DNA of 51,705 nt from an uncultured Clostridia bacterium (lineage in GTDB: Bacteria > Bacillota > Clostridia > Christensenellales > UBA1242): assembly GCA_946491735.1 (NCBI GenBank), contig CAMLYK010000003.1, positions 1 through 51,705 on the forward strand. Reading direction: 5' to 3'. The translations under genes were made by a program, and so were the position numbers. Shown one piece after another: positions 1 to 9,864 of the stretch. Each line of letters opens with the position of its first letter. The first letter of the stretch is position 1. The notes under the pieces are model-generated. The model saw only the letters and a list, made by a program, of their open reading frames with translations, was not told the DNA's origin and searched no databases.

Positions 1-169
1 ATAGAGGTAGATTACTCACGCGTTACTCACCCGTCCGCCACTAAGGGTAAGTATTCCACTAAACACCTCATATAGAAATGCTTAGTGGAACACTTAACCT
101 CCGTTCGACTTGCATGTTTAAAGCACGCCGCCAGCGTTTGTCCTGAGCCAGGATCAAACTCTACAAAAA
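1..169 (-). rRNA. rrs: 16S rRNA gene, 5' end (partial, runs off the window start)
   Basis: Reverse complement of 143-162 is AGAGTTTGATCCTGGCTCAG (27F site), followed by GACAAACGCTGGCGGCGTGCTTTAAACATGCAAGTCGAACGG...AGTGGCGGACGGGTGAGTAACGCGTGAG. Exact mature 5' end is approximate. Confidence 0.98.
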
Positions 170-232
170 AATATTCGCTTTATTTCATTTAAAAACAAGT
201 TTTTAAATTTCAACCGATGCTCTATTTTTTTG

Positions 233-272
233 TCACCCCACTACGTATCTTGCGACACTTGCGGGGACCCCG
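233..272. repeat. GC-rich REP-like hairpin in the rRNA leader
   Basis: Minus strand CGGGGTCCCCGCAAGTGTC-GCAA-GATACGTAGTGGGGTG; stem capped by a GNRA loop in AT-rich surroundings; single copy in this window. Confidence 0.45.
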
Positions 273-519
273 ATTGAATTTACTCGGAGAATAAAGCATC
301 AACGAATTGCTACTAAGTAGCTTTTTTATAAAATAACCTTTGCTCATTCGCTTGGCTAATTTCGTTGTCTAAAAAACTTGGAATTGATAAGAACTTTGTT
401 CATTGAACATTGCCTATAAGTAATTGCTTACTTACTGTCTTACCATTGTACCTATTAAGATATAAATTGTCCTAACGAACCATTCGGTTCGGCACCCTGC
501 TTATGCTGAATGCAATATA

Positions 520-548
520 AAGATAACACATATAAAAAACTTTGTCAA
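520..548 (-). promoter_or_regulatory. sigmaA promoter of the rRNA operon
   Basis: Minus strand TTGACA (548-543), 17 nt, TGnTATCTT (525-520), with an A/T-rich UP-like tract upstream, about 350 nt before the 16S. Confidence 0.8.
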
Positions 549-830
549 CAGTTTTTCAAAAAATTTTTTAACTTTTTTCAAACTTTTTTTAATTTTTTTC
601 TATAATATATGAAATTCCTTATTTTTAAGTGCAAAATGACTAGAAAATAGCCATTTTCTACACAAAATTTATGAAATAAGTACCCAATAATCACAAAAAA
701 TTGATATTACAACTTCGACTAGACCAATTTTAAATCAAACTAGGATCATATCTTTTAACAAATTATGCCTAATCACCTATGACTTTTTCATTTTGAAAAT
801 CAATAATAACTCAAATTTTTAAACACAATA

Positions 831-870
831 ACAAAAAAAGGATTACATCTTAGCAATCCCTTTTTGTTTT
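831..870 (-). terminator. Intrinsic terminator of the lipoprotein gene
   Basis: GGATT...AATCC stem flanked by A and T tracts, directly after the stop codon at 872. Confidence 0.7.
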
Positions 871-871
871 A

Positions 872-1639
872 TTAGTCAATTACTTGAACTGTCAATTCTG
901 AACATTCAATTGAATCAACTGTCATCCAACTGAACCAACCATATCTAAGTCCGGACACATCACTTTCATTGACATCTGAATCATCAGGTTTATTTAATTT
1001 AGCATCAACCACTTCAAACACAGTTTGATTGTTGCTATCGATAACACTGATTGTAACTTTCATAATATTTTCACTATTTTTGTGGAAATCAAATTTGAAA
1101 GTATACCAACCATCAGCTAATACCTTAGCGTCTTCGCTACTAGTAGCCCATTGATTAATTTCATCACTAGAGCCATTATAAATATAACCAACTTTCACGC
1201 CTTCAGCATATTTTCTAACATAAATGAATCTTTCTGAAACGTATTCACCATCATTACCATTGACTGCAACGGTATAGTTGAATCCTTCACCAATTTCATA
1301 ATCATTTGCTACTATGTTCAATCTAATACTAGCAATCATGCCGTCAGTATCCCAATCTAGATTTCTATCCGTTTCTCCGAAGTAAGTATTAGGACCTGTA
1401 GCGTATACATCATCTTTATTCAATGTGATTGTATCAGATTCTTCATTATATTGTACACTACCGTACAAATCTGAGAACACTGATAATGCAGATTCTTGTG
1501 TGCTGAAATTAGCATCGTAAACAGTTTTTAATTCTTTTTGATCATTATTGTCGTCGCCACACGCACTAAGCAAAAGCATGCATGGAATCATCACCAAAGT
1601 AACGAGAATATACTTTAATGATTTTTTCATTGTTTTCAT
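872..1639 (-). CDS. Lipoprotein of unknown function (beta-rich, acidic)
   Basis: Start moved to ATG 1639 (SD AAGGGGG); basic N-terminus, hydrophobic core, lipobox LLSAC-G. Confidence 0.85.
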   Translation of the reverse strand: MKTMKKSLKYILVTLVMIPCMLLLSACGDDNNDQKELKTVYDANFSTQESALSVFSDLYGSVQYNEESDTITLNKDDVYATGPNTYFGETDRNLDWDTDGMIASIRLNIVANDYEIGEGFNYTVAVNGNDGEYVSERFIYVRKYAEGVKVGYIYNGSSDEINQWATSSEDAKVLADGWYTFKFDFHKNSENIMKVTISVIDSNNQTVFEVVDAKLNKPDDSDVNESDVSGLRYGWFSWMTVDSIECSELTVQVID

Positions 1640-1874
1640 ATTATTTCCCCCTTTAACTATAAAGAAACAAATTGCCAATTTTTAGTCAAATGTTATTTAA
1701 TTGTTTCATAAAGATTTTTTCTTTTACTCTATTTCATCATAATTATTATATTTCAAGTTATAAAAAATATTACATATACTGATTAAAAGTAAAATATTTA
1801 TAATAATATTTCATTAATGTATTTTAATGTATTTAATTTAACAATTAATTTCTAACTAGTTGAATAATTATCAT

Positions 1875-1908
1875 AAAAAAAAAGAATGCTTGACTGCATC
1901 CTTTTTTT
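1875..1908 (-). terminator. Intrinsic terminator
   Basis: Short GC stem (gaatgc/gcatcc) between A9 and T7 tracts, next to the stop codon at 1910. Confidence 0.6.
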
Positions 1909-1909
1909 G

Positions 1910-3334
1910 CTAAGCAGTAGGTATTTGATCTAATAGACCACCGCTGTTTTCAATCAAATCGAAGAATATGTTCATAATATCTTCTAAAAGCAAATTCTTC
2001 ACTTGTTTATAATTAGGAGTTTCTTCTGTGCCAACATTTATATATTTGTTGTTAATGCCTGTTCCGTCATCCGTTGTCCCACCAGAAGATGAGTAATAAT
2101 TGGTTGGAGCGTCAATCACTCCTGCTGAAATAAGCTCGTCAATTGTGCTCTCCTCTAATGCTGTGGATAATGCTGATGAAATATTACTTATAGTTGTATT
2201 TGGATCAATCAATGACAAGGCACCTGAACTTAGGTCTTCACTAGTGAATAGATCTGCCACAGTCAGACTATCAATTCCATCCCCCAATCCTGAAACAGTA
2301 AATCCAGCAATAGCATTCATCACTCCATCAATTTTTGTACCATCTTCATCATAATACGCGTCTTCCAAATCATTGTAAGTATAACCCAACACTTCAGCAA
2401 TTGTCATGCTGTTGATTGTGTTTTCAAGATTTTCCAATTCCCCAATAGTTGTTTTTGCAACCGTAGCCATAATTCCGGTCACTTCCTGACTAGAACTGTC
2501 ATAAACAGTATCTCCCTGAATGGTGTAATCTAGAAAATCTGCTATATACATGTTGTTAATTTCTTGTTCTAATTCTCCAATCGGAGTATTGTCATCAATG
2601 TTGTCAAAGAAGGATGGCAAAGTTATATTATAATCATCTCTCAGTTCTCCAATGGTGATGTTTGAATCGAGATCAGAGGTAAACGACGCCACTGCTTTAG
2701 TAAGTGGTATATATCTTAGAGCCACTTCTGTTTGATTGTCTGAAAGGACGAATTCATTATCTTTTATCAAAACTCGTGAATTCGCAATATCTACTGTATA
2801 ATCAAAATCTACCGCGTTTACATACTCAACTTCTTCATACAATAATCCATCTGATAAATTGTAATAATAGGTATTAGTTTTATTTAAAATGTCATCCATA
2901 TCAGACAAATCAATAACATTTTTCAATTCTTCCGCACTGATATTTGATAGTTTATTCTTCACTGCATCCATCATTTCTGGCAATGGGACATCTTTCAAAT
3001 CAACTATGTTTATACCTGCGATTTCATTACTAATACTAATACCAAAATCTGCTTCCAAATCATTAAGAGTGTAAGTATCAATATTTCTACTCAAATCTAT
3101 AGCATGAGTGACCAACGAATTCAATGTCAAATTATTAATATCTTCATATCCAGTATCAATTTCTGTATTGAATTTGTCATTGATCCAATTGACTGACACT
3201 CTAAAATACACGAAAGCCACAATTCCAACAATCGCACCTATACCTAAAAGCAAACCAATGAATGTACCAAAGAAAAACGAACCTATGCTTCCACTCTTTG
3301 TCTTGCGTGTAATTTCTCCCGCTTGCTTCGTCAT
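1910..3334 (-). CDS. Membrane-anchored hypothetical protein with acidic helical repeats
   Basis: 474 aa ORF, SD GGAGGG, N-terminal Gly-rich TM segment, recurring [LM]T[IV][AG][ED][LV] motifs. Confidence 0.85.
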   Translation of the reverse strand: MTKQAGEITRKTKSGSIGSFFFGTFIGLLLGIGAIVGIVAFVYFRVSVNWINDKFNTEIDTGYEDINNLTLNSLVTHAIDLSRNIDTYTLNDLEADFGISISNEIAGINIVDLKDVPLPEMMDAVKNKLSNISAEELKNVIDLSDMDDILNKTNTYYYNLSDGLLYEEVEYVNAVDFDYTVDIANSRVLIKDNEFVLSDNQTEVALRYIPLTKAVASFTSDLDSNITIGELRDDYNITLPSFFDNIDDNTPIGELEQEINNMYIADFLDYTIQGDTVYDSSSQEVTGIMATVAKTTIGELENLENTINSMTIAEVLGYTYNDLEDAYYDEDGTKIDGVMNAIAGFTVSGLGDGIDSLTVADLFTSEDLSSGALSLIDPNTTISNISSALSTALEESTIDELISAGVIDAPTNYYSSSGGTTDDGTGINNKYINVGTEETPNYKQVKNLLLEDIMNIFFDLIENSGGLLDQIPTA

Positions 3335-3497
3335 ATACCCTCCAATATTTATAATTATTATGACACAAATTTAATTAAAAATAAAATAATTTATGTCATA
3401 TTTATAAAATTTTATGAGGAAATTTGTAATTTAAAAAAATTATATCTTAAAATTAGTGATATTTTTGTTCATCATTTTTTTATTAAAATATAGATAA

Positions 3498-3839
3498 TTA
3501 TAAAATTACAATTGTGCAACCTGAATTTAATAAATACAAATCTCTGTCTGCGAGTAAATCTGGACAATAATTTATAGCGATTTTTCTAACCACATTGTTT
3601 GGTGTCCACCTGTCACAACAAGTGTAGTCTTCAATTTTCCCTCTTCGTTTCAACTCCTCACATTTTTTCAAAAATTGTACTTTTATTGCTCCACCTACTC
3701 CGTGGCTACCATATCCGTGGATAACTTTCATTACCTTATATCCGCCTTTTTTATAACTCTCTAATTCCACCAAAAATTGAGCGATTGCTTCACTCACAGT
3801 TTGTCTATCAGATTTGATGTCAATTGTAATAAGTTCCAT
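3498..3839 (-). CDS. Stand-alone Smr domain protein
   Basis: VIHGYGSHGVGGAIK motif and C-terminal NSGCTIVIL are typical of Smr/MutS2-C domains; start moved to ATG 3839. Confidence 0.85.
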   Translation of the reverse strand: MELITIDIKSDRQTVSEAIAQFLVELESYKKGGYKVMKVIHGYGSHGVGGAIKVQFLKKCEELKRRGKIEDYTCCDRWTPNNVVRKIAINYCPDLLADRDLYLLNSGCTIVIL

Positions 3840-3845
3840 AGAATG

Positions 3846-3874
3846 ATTATATACAAAATTTACCAATAAATCAA
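3846..3874 (-). promoter_or_regulatory. sigmaA promoter of the Smr gene (leaderless geometry)
   Basis: TTGATT-17 nt-TATAAT, then 6 nt, then ATG; no SD. Confidence 0.7.
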
Positions 3875-3946
3875 TTGATGCAAAATATTTTTTATTAGCA
3901 ATATCACTCGATAAATATTTCACATTTTATAAAAAAACAAACAGTG

Positions 3947-5221
3947 TTAGGCTGTTTGCTTTTTCTCTTTAAGTTTTGGTTTTGATTTTATAATTTTAGG
4001 TTTTGATTTTTTATTTATAAAATCTGCAGTGATAACAATTTTTTCAATATCTTCTTCGAAATGATAACTATACATCACATCAAGCATTCGCTCTTCTAAA
4101 ATTGTCCTCAGCCCTCTTGCTCCAGTCTTAAGTTCAATAGCTTTTTTAGCTACAGCTGTGATCGCTTCTTTTTCAAAGGTCAAATCAATTCCATCCATTT
4201 TGAACATTTGAATGTATTGTTTTGTGATTGCATTCTTTGGTTCCACCAAAATTCTCTCCAAAGCTTTCTCATCTAGACTGTCAAGAGTGGCTACAATTGG
4301 AAGTCTACCCACAAATTCTGGTATCATACCGTATTTTATCAAATCTTGTGGTTGAATATTTTCAAACTTATTGATAGATTCTTCCATCTCTTTTTTCTTC
4401 ACACTGGCGCCAAACCCCAATGATGACGCGCCATTGCGTTCGCTGATGATTTTATCAAGACCAACGAATGCTCCTCCGCATATGAATAAAATATTCGTTG
4501 TATCAATCTTGATATTTTCTTGTTGCGGATGTTTTCTGCCCCCCTGAGGTGGAACGGAAGCAATTGTGCCCTCCAGGATTTTCAATAATGCCTGTTGCAC
4601 TCCTTCCCCGCTCACATCACGTGTGATTGATACATTTTGAGTTTTCCTAGCAATTTTGTCTATCTCATCAATATATATGATTCCACGTTGTGCTTTTTCA
4701 ATATCATAATCTGCGTTTTGAATGAGTTTCAATAAAATATTTTCAACGTCATCCCCCACATATCCTGCTTCAGTAAGTGCAGTCGCATCACTAGATGCAA
4801 ATGGCACTTTGAGCGTTTTAGCCAAAGTTTTAGCGAGCAATGTTTTCCCGCTGCCAGTAGGACCAATTAAAAGCACATTTGACTTTTCAAGCTCTACCTC
4901 ATCCTGCGAATTATCATGTTTGACCATATTGTAATTGATACGTTTGTAATGATTGTATACAGACACTGCCAAAATCTTTTTTACTTCATCTTGACCAATT
5001 ATAAATTCATCTAATTTTTGCTTAATTTCTTGTGGTTTAATTAAATCAATAAAATCATTTTTTTCACTTTCACGAGTGCGATTATTAAAATCCATAAGAT
5101 CTTTGCAAATATTTAAACAATCTTTGCAAATGAAACAATCACCTTCAGGATTGCTGATTATGTCAGTCAATTCTCGTGCTGGACGACCACAAAATGAACA
5201 AATAGTTTCTATCTCTTTCAT
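3947..5221 (-). CDS. clpX: ATP-dependent Clp protease ATP-binding subunit ClpX
   Basis: C4 zinc finger (CSFC...ICKDC), Walker [35 protein letters not shown] loop; start at ATG 5221 with SD AAGGAG. Confidence 0.98.
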   Translation of the reverse strand: MKEIETICSFCGRPARELTDIISNPEGDCFICKDCLNICKDLMDFNNRTRESEKNDFIDLIKPQEIKQKLDEFIIGQDEVKKILAVSVYNHYKRINYNMVKHDNSQDEVELEKSNVLLIGPTGSGKTLLAKTLAKTLKVPFASSDATALTEAGYVGDDVENILLKLIQNADYDIEKAQRGIIYIDEIDKIARKTQNVSITRDVSGEGVQQALLKILEGTIASVPPQGGRKHPQQENIKIDTTNILFICGGAFVGLDKIISERNGASSLGFGASVKKKEMEESINKFENIQPQDLIKYGMIPEFVGRLPIVATLDSLDEKALERILVEPKNAITKQYIQMFKMDGIDLTFEKEAITAVAKKAIELKTGARGLRTILEERMLDVMYSYHFEEDIEKIVITADFINKKSKPKIIKSKPKLKEKKQTA

Positions 5222-5278
5222 ACTCTCCTTTACCCGCAAAATACAGACGCAAAAATTGTCTGTATCTATGCTAAAATA

Positions 5279-5860
5279 TTAATTTTTTCGTTTATCATAT
5301 ATTTTGTCGACTAAACCGTACTTTAATGCCTGTTTAGCGTCCAAGAAATTATCTCTATCTGTATCTTTTGTAATAGTGTCAATATCTTTTCCAGTATTAT
5401 CAGCTAAAATTTTATTCAAGCTCTCTCTTGTCTTTTGAATGTGACGCGCATGAATTTCAATATCGCTTGCTTGCCCTTGCGCTCCACCAAGCGGTTGATG
5501 TATCATCACTTCGCTATGTGGAAGACAAATACGTTTGCCTTTTGTGCCACTAGATAATATGACCGCTGCCATGCTAGCCGCCATGCCAATACAAATTGTA
5601 GATATATCACATTTGACATATTGCATAGTATCATAGATGGCAAGTCCCGCGGTTACACTCCCACCAGGACTGTTGATATACATAAAAATGTCTTTATCTG
5701 GATTCTTGCCTTCTAGATATAACAATTGTGCCACTACTGTATTGGCAGTCTGATCATCAATCTCTCCAGATAAGAACACTATTCTATCTTCTAAAAGACG
5801 AGAATAAATATCATAACTGCGTTCAACATTACCTACTTGATCAATAACCATTGGTATCAT
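5279..5860 (-). CDS. clpP: ATP-dependent Clp protease proteolytic subunit ClpP
   Basis: [23 protein letters not shown] (catalytic Ser), MIHQP, DRDNF. Confidence 0.98.
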   Translation of the reverse strand: MIPMVIDQVGNVERSYDIYSRLLEDRIVFLSGEIDDQTANTVVAQLLYLEGKNPDKDIFMYINSPGGSVTAGLAIYDTMQYVKCDISTICIGMAASMAAVILSSGTKGKRICLPHSEVMIHQPLGGAQGQASDIEIHARHIQKTRESLNKILADNTGKDIDTITKDTDRDNFLDAKQALKYGLVDKIYDKRKN

Positions 5861-5937
5861 ATTTCTCTCCTTATATTTATTTGAATTATTAATAAAATTA
5901 TTACAACAAAATCAAAATTCATCAAATAAAGTTAATA

Positions 5938-7221
5938 TTATTTAATTTCATTGTTATTTCTCAAAAACTCTACTAATTTTTTCATTAGAATATCATTTGC
6001 AATGTGATTTATCATATCATTATTGACTTGTTTTTTGAATTCTTCCAGTGTTTTACCTGTATTTTTTGCCATTTCTTCAAGTTTTTGGTCGATATCTTTT
6101 TCAATCACATCCAAATGTTCATCTCTGATCAATTTTTCTAAAACAAGTCTACCTTTTACATTACGTCTAGAATTATTCTTGACTTCTTCTTTGAACTGAT
6201 CCATTGTCTTGCCAATATAATTGACATAATCTTCAAGTTTGATGCCTTGATACTGCATTTGAGTATTAAGCCCATTCATCTGACGATTGAATTCTTCTTC
6301 AACCATCACTTCAGGAACAGTGAGTTCGGTATCATCAATAACTTTATCTAATATGTCATTATCCAATTCCAATTCATTACGTTCATCGGCATCTTTGATG
6401 AGTCTTGAACGAATGTTCTCTTTGTATTTGTCAACACTTTCAAATTCTGTAGAATTAGATACAAACTCTTCATCAAGTATTGGCATAACACGTTCACGAA
6501 TGTTCTTTATCTCCACTTTGAAAGTCGCCTTCTTGCCTGATAAATCCTTTTGATGATAATCAGATGGGAATGTCACCACCACATCTTTTTTGTCACCAAT
6601 GTTCAGCCCTATCAACTGATCTTCGAAATTGTCAATAAATGATTTGCTGCCAACTTTTAATTGATAATTCTCTGCTTTGCCGCCATCAAATTGTTTTCCA
6701 TCAATATATCCATCAAAATCCAATGTGACAAAATCATCGTTTTTGACAGGTTTGTTAGTTTCAACCAAGCGAGAAGCACGCAATAATTCTTTGTTTATTT
6801 CCTCTTCTACATCTTTGTCAGTGATTTCAGTCTTTTTCTTTTCAAAAGTAAGACCTTTGTACTTAGCAAGTGTAAACTCAGGCACACACGGAATTGTAAG
6901 TGTAATATCAAGACCAGAATTGTCTAACTTCTTTATTTCGAGTTTTGGTGCATCAATTGGTCTGATTTCTTCATGTTCGCGTAAAATCTGAGTATATGCT
7001 TTGTAATAGACTTCATCTAAAGCCTCGTTGACAAAAGCACCTTCTCCGTAATTTTTCTCAATAATATTACGTGGAGCATGCCCTTTTCTAAAGCCTGGAA
7101 TATTAAATTTACTTTTGTTTTTTTCGTATGCTGAATTGAGGCTTTCTTGCCATTCTTTACTATCAAGACTAATATTTGCCTCAAAAATTCCATTATCTTT
7201 CTTTTCTACATTTAGTACCAT
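5938..7221 (-). CDS. tig: Trigger factor
   Basis: IPGFRKGHAP ribosome-binding motif, FKBP domain (FDGG...FIDNFEDQL), tig-clpP-clpX order; start at ATG 7221 with SD AAGGAG. Confidence 0.97.
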   Translation of the reverse strand: MVLNVEKKDNGIFEANISLDSKEWQESLNSAYEKNKSKFNIPGFRKGHAPRNIIEKNYGEGAFVNEALDEVYYKAYTQILREHEEIRPIDAPKLEIKKLDNSGLDITLTIPCVPEFTLAKYKGLTFEKKKTEITDKDVEEEINKELLRASRLVETNKPVKNDDFVTLDFDGYIDGKQFDGGKAENYQLKVGSKSFIDNFEDQLIGLNIGDKKDVVVTFPSDYHQKDLSGKKATFKVEIKNIRERVMPILDEEFVSNSTEFESVDKYKENIRSRLIKDADERNELELDNDILDKVIDDTELTVPEVMVEEEFNRQMNGLNTQMQYQGIKLEDYVNYIGKTMDQFKEEVKNNSRRNVKGRLVLEKLIRDEHLDVIEKDIDQKLEEMAKNTGKTLEEFKKQVNNDMINHIANDILMKKLVEFLRNNNEIK

Positions 7222-7281
7222 AGTAATCTCCTTAATATTATAGACTTTGTGTATTCTAGCACACAATTTAAATTAAATCAA

Positions 7282-7641
7282 TCAAATTAATATAAAAATT
7301 CCAACTAGAATAAAAAGAATTCCACATATGTAAAATGAAATATTGATTTTCCTCCTTTGTCTTAGTAGTCTAGCACTTTCGTCCTGTAATTCAATCATTT
7401 CTACGTCATCAAAATCGTCATTTTCCATATTTTCTTCTAATATTTTGTCGATTTCTATACGTCTTTTGTCGATTTTGTTCGTTCTTTCGACAGCCATAAA
7501 AATTATTCCAACTGCAAAGAATATGAAACCAAAAGACTGGCAATATTTATTTTGATTGCCAACTATCAATAATATCAATCCTATAAACAAACTCACCAAA
7601 GCGATGGTGAGTTTTAAATTAAACTTGATTTTCATAATCAA
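7282..7641 (-). CDS. Small membrane protein (3 TM helices, charged loop)
   Basis: ORF abuts the upstream gene; hydrophobic segments; true start may be ATG 7635. Confidence 0.75.
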   Translation of the reverse strand: MIMKIKFNLKLTIALVSLFIGLILLIVGNQNKYCQSFGFIFFAVGIIFMAVERTNKIDKRRIEIDKILEENMENDDFDDVEMIELQDESARLLRQRRKINISFYICGILFILVGIFILI

Positions 7642-7908
7642 TTAAAATGTCAAGAACAAGAAAACTACGATCAAAATAACTGCTATAACATAAGCAATCA
7701 TATAGCCAATGCTTCTTCTAGACTTGGCAAAATAAAATGCAAATACAGCAGTAATAGCATATGCAATAAATTGAGCTATAGTGTTCATTGCTGACACAAC
7801 TGTAGAGCTTACTTCAAGAGCATTTAAAATATATTGCACAATCAAAGCAACCGCCACAAGCATAATCGCAAGATATGCCAAGAAGTTCACAAAACCCTTA
7901 CCTTTCAT
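7642..7908 (-). CDS. Small membrane protein (3 TM helices)
   Basis: Start at ATG 7908 with SD GGAGG; TTGTAA-17-TATAAT promoter just upstream. Confidence 0.8.
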   Translation of the reverse strand: MKGKGFVNFLAYLAIMLVAVALIVQYILNALEVSSTVVSAMNTIAQFIAYAITAVFAFYFAKSRRSIGYMIAYVIAVILIVVFLFLTF

Positions 7909-8032
7909 ACTATCCTCCAATGATCTTATTATATCATAAGTATTCAATTTTTACAAATAAATTACAAAATTTGTCAAAATATGCCATTTTTATTAATTTT
8001 GTTGATTTATCCGACCTTTAATAAGATTATCT

Positions 8033-8938
8033 CTATTTAGAAATATCCTCTATTACTTTTTTAAAATAATCTGGCAAATCAATTTGAAACTGCATTATTT
8101 GTTTGCTCGTTGGATGAACAAAACTAATTTTATAGGCAAATAATAATTGCCCTAATACATTGATATTTTTATCTTCGCCTCCATACAATCTATCTCCAAC
8201 GATTGGATGATTAATTGATTTTAGATGTGCTCTAATTTGATGCGTCCTACCAGTATACAACTTACAATTTAATAAAGTGTAATGGTCATATACTGCATCT
8301 ATTGAAAATTCTGTTTTGCTATATTTACCTATTTTTGACTGATTGAGAATCATTTGTTCTCTATTTTTAGTATTTCGTGTTAGATAGCCTTCTATCACAA
8401 AATTTTGTTTAATTCTTCCCTTGATGAGTGCTTTGTATTCTCTATTCAATGTTTTATCTTTTAATTGATTGCTCAAAATTTTATGTGCATTGTCATTCTT
8501 TGCAACAATCATTAAACCGCCAGTATCTTTATCCAATCTATGAATTATGCCCGGTCGAAGCACTCCATTAATTGTGGACAGATTTTTAATGTGATACATC
8601 AATGCATTTACGAGAGTATGGGATTTTGTTGTAGCACATGGATGAACCACAAGACCGGCTTGCTTATTGATTACTAACAGGTCATCATCTTCATAAATGA
8701 TATTCAGTGGTATATTCTCAGGCTCGGTATTGATTATTTCTATCGGCTTTTCTTCAATGCTGATTCTATCCCCCAATTTTAGTTTGTATCCAGATTTTTT
8801 CTTTTCATCATTTACCAAAATTCTTCCTTCGTCATTCAATGTTTTTAAATAACTGCGGGTGAAATCGGTATGTTCTACCAAAAATAAATCCAATCTGGTA
8901 TCCACCTGCGAATTATCATCAACTATTAGATTTATCAT
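8033..8938 (-). CDS. rluD: RluA/RluD family 23S rRNA pseudouridine synthase
   Basis: S4 domain (RLDLFL), GIIHRLDKDTGG catalytic motif, TGRTHQIRAH, HPIVGD; follows lspA. Confidence 0.93.
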   Translation of the reverse strand: MINLIVDDNSQVDTRLDLFLVEHTDFTRSYLKTLNDEGRILVNDEKKKSGYKLKLGDRISIEEKPIEIINTEPENIPLNIIYEDDDLLVINKQAGLVVHPCATTKSHTLVNALMYHIKNLSTINGVLRPGIIHRLDKDTGGLMIVAKNDNAHKILSNQLKDKTLNREYKALIKGRIKQNFVIEGYLTRNTKNREQMILNQSKIGKYSKTEFSIDAVYDHYTLLNCKLYTGRTHQIRAHLKSINHPIVGDRLYGGEDKNINVLGQLLFAYKISFVHPTSKQIMQFQIDLPDYFKKVIEDISK

Positions 8939-9389
8939 TTTTCTTCCCCATAAAAAATAGTATAAATATTGCCATCATGACCGCCCCAATACACAAGAAG
9001 GTATCTGCCAAATTGAATATTGGAAAACTAGGCCAAAAATCTAAAAAAATAAAATCTCGAACATAACCCAAACATAATCTATCAATTAAATTACCTAATG
9101 CTCCACCGACAATAAATCCAAAGGCAATGGAATAAAATATAGATTTGTTCTTCACAAAATAATTAAATATGAAAAGTGCTATTATCATTATGACGCTCAC
9201 AATTATCAATACAATGGTACTATCACTAAACATTCCAAACGCCGCTCCGGTATTGCCATTGTTTGTCGCAATGGAAATCACATTTGGAATGAGATTAAAG
9301 TATTCTACATCAAATAAAAAATGTTTGGTAACAAGATCTATTACCAAAACACCAATTAATGTACAAGCAATTGTAATCCAATTTTTCAT
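8919..9389 (-). CDS. lspA: Lipoprotein signal peptidase II
   Basis: DLVTK, NTGAAFG, GGALGNLIDR, VRDF, FNLAD motifs. Confidence 0.97.
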   Translation of the reverse strand: MKNWITIACTLIGVLVIDLVTKHFLFDVEYFNLIPNVISIATNNGNTGAAFGMFSDSTIVLIIVSVIMIIALFIFNYFVKNKSIFYSIAFGFIVGGALGNLIDRLCLGYVRDFIFLDFWPSFPIFNLADTFLCIGAVMMAIFILFFMGKKNDKSNS

Positions 9390-9416
9390 TTAATCTAGTA
9401 GCACTCCAATTAAACA

Positions 9417-9857
9417 TTATTCAGGCTTATCCGGACGCAAAATTTTGTGTCCTTCAGGTGTCAGCAAGAAAAGATCTCCATGCCAGCGATGTATACTGCC
9501 GTTCAAACCATAAATTGCACCCGACAAAAAATCGAGAATTCGCATTCTATCCTCGTCAGCAATTCCTTCAAGATTCACAGCGATGGACTGTCCTTGTTTA
9601 AGAAAATCTATTACCTGTTGAATTTCTTTGTGTGTTTTCGGTTCAACCATAATTATATTAGATTCTGGTTGCAATCCAAATGAATTAAAGTTTGTCCCTG
9701 TAGGCATAGTATCAAATGAATTAGTCTCTCCCGCAACACGTTCGTGAAGATTGAAATTAGAATACTTGTCATTTTCTTCAACAGTCTTAGTTTTCTTATC
9801 CTTTTTATCTTTGTCTTCAAAACCCAGTCCGCGCATAACCCAATCAAAAAATCCCAT
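9417..9857 (-). CDS. sepF: Cell division protein SepF
   Basis: N-terminal amphipathic helix MGFFDWVMRGLGF, RILDFLSGAIYGLNG and FLLTP motifs; start at ATG 9857 with SD AGGTGG. Confidence 0.92.
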   Translation of the reverse strand: MGFFDWVMRGLGFEDKDKKDKKTKTVEENDKYSNFNLHERVAGETNSFDTMPTGTNFNSFGLQPESNIIMVEPKTHKEIQQVIDFLKQGQSIAVNLEGIADEDRMRILDFLSGAIYGLNGSIHRWHGDLFLLTPEGHKILRPDKPE

Positions 9858-9864
9858 ATTCCAC

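Noticed and set aside
2162-2170. DnaA box TGTGGATAA
   Set aside because: Single copy inside a CDS, no cluster and no dnaA nearby
3840-3923. N-terminal extensions in the ORF track (also at 1678, 5239, 7266, 7947, 9875, 27640, 27675, 39012, 41496, 49445)
   Set aside because: They run through promoter or SD sequences; downstream ATGs fit the motifs and family N-termini better
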